64,000 bases of DNA. Origin: Malacoraja senta (taxonomy: Eukaryota). Positions 63,580 to 64,000 of this stretch are shown here, piece by piece. Location: the NCBI GenBank assembly GCA_038087875.1, contig CM075992.1, positions 4,528,001-4,592,000 of the forward strand, written 5' to 3'. How positions within the stretch are numbered: the first letter of the stretch is position 1; each line of letters starts with the position of its first letter. A program made the position numbers and the translations under genes. The notes beneath the pieces are model-generated. The model had not been told where the DNA came from. It made no database searches and saw nothing but the letters and a program-made list of their open reading frames with translations.

Positions 63580-64000
63580 ACTGAAAGTAAGCATGCAGGT
63601 ACAACAGGCAGTGAAGAAAGCAAATGGCATGTTGGCCTGCATAGCAAGAGGATTTGAGTATAGGAGCAAGAAGGCCCTACTGCAGTTGTACAGGGCCCTG
63701 GTGAGACCACACTTGGATAATTGTGAGCAGTTTTGGTCTCCTAATTTGAGGAAGTACATTCTTGCTATTGAAGGAGTGCAGCATAATTCCCAGGATGGCG
63801 GGACTGACATATGATGAAAGAATGGATCGACTGGGCTTGTACTCACTAAAATTTAGAAGGATGAGAGGGAAATCTTGTAGAAACATATAAAATTCTTATG
63901 GAATTGGACGGGCTAGGTGCAGGAAAAATGTTCCCGATGTTGGGGAAGTCCAGAACCAGGGGGCCACAGTGTAAGAATAAGGGGTAGGCTCTTCAGAACT
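63580..64000 (+). mobile_element. CR1 LINE fragment running off the window end
   Basis: [27 protein letters not shown]. Confidence 0.92.

Noticed and set aside
62275..64000. C3 exon 25-equivalent (GYTQQL...STW)
   Set aside because: No matching segment found by eye; presumably beyond the window

Overview
Vertebrate genomic DNA, most likely from a cartilaginous fish (skate/ray/shark). This is inferred from the repeat spectrum: CR1 LINEs, V-SINE/HE1-like SINEs, Penelope, Rex1 and DIRS. The only host gene is the 3' part of a complement C3 gene on the minus strand. I traced 16 exons by hand (equivalent to human exons 26-41, 62274 to 15888), all with GT-AG ends and phases matching human C3. The gene has Asp at the catalytic-His position of the thioester domain, and two exons are 1 nt short in homopolymer runs. 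Introns and the 3' flank are packed with nested mobile elements. The most notable is a family of non-autonomous Helitron-like elements with A|TC 5' ends, a covarying hairpin before CTAG|T 3' ends, tandem arrays, internal 48-bp satellites and promoter-like cassettes. There are also two DIRS tyrosine-recombinase retrotransposons (one full-length, inserted into a Helitron-borne satellite), a perfect U6 retrocopy with an L1-type insertion signature, and a Harbinger-like MITE. A 200-N gap is flanked by a ~4.3 kb near-identical duplication that includes the last C3 exon and is probably an assembly artefact. Most ORFs in the supplied track are spurious. Repeat boundaries are approximate unless a terminal motif is quoted.
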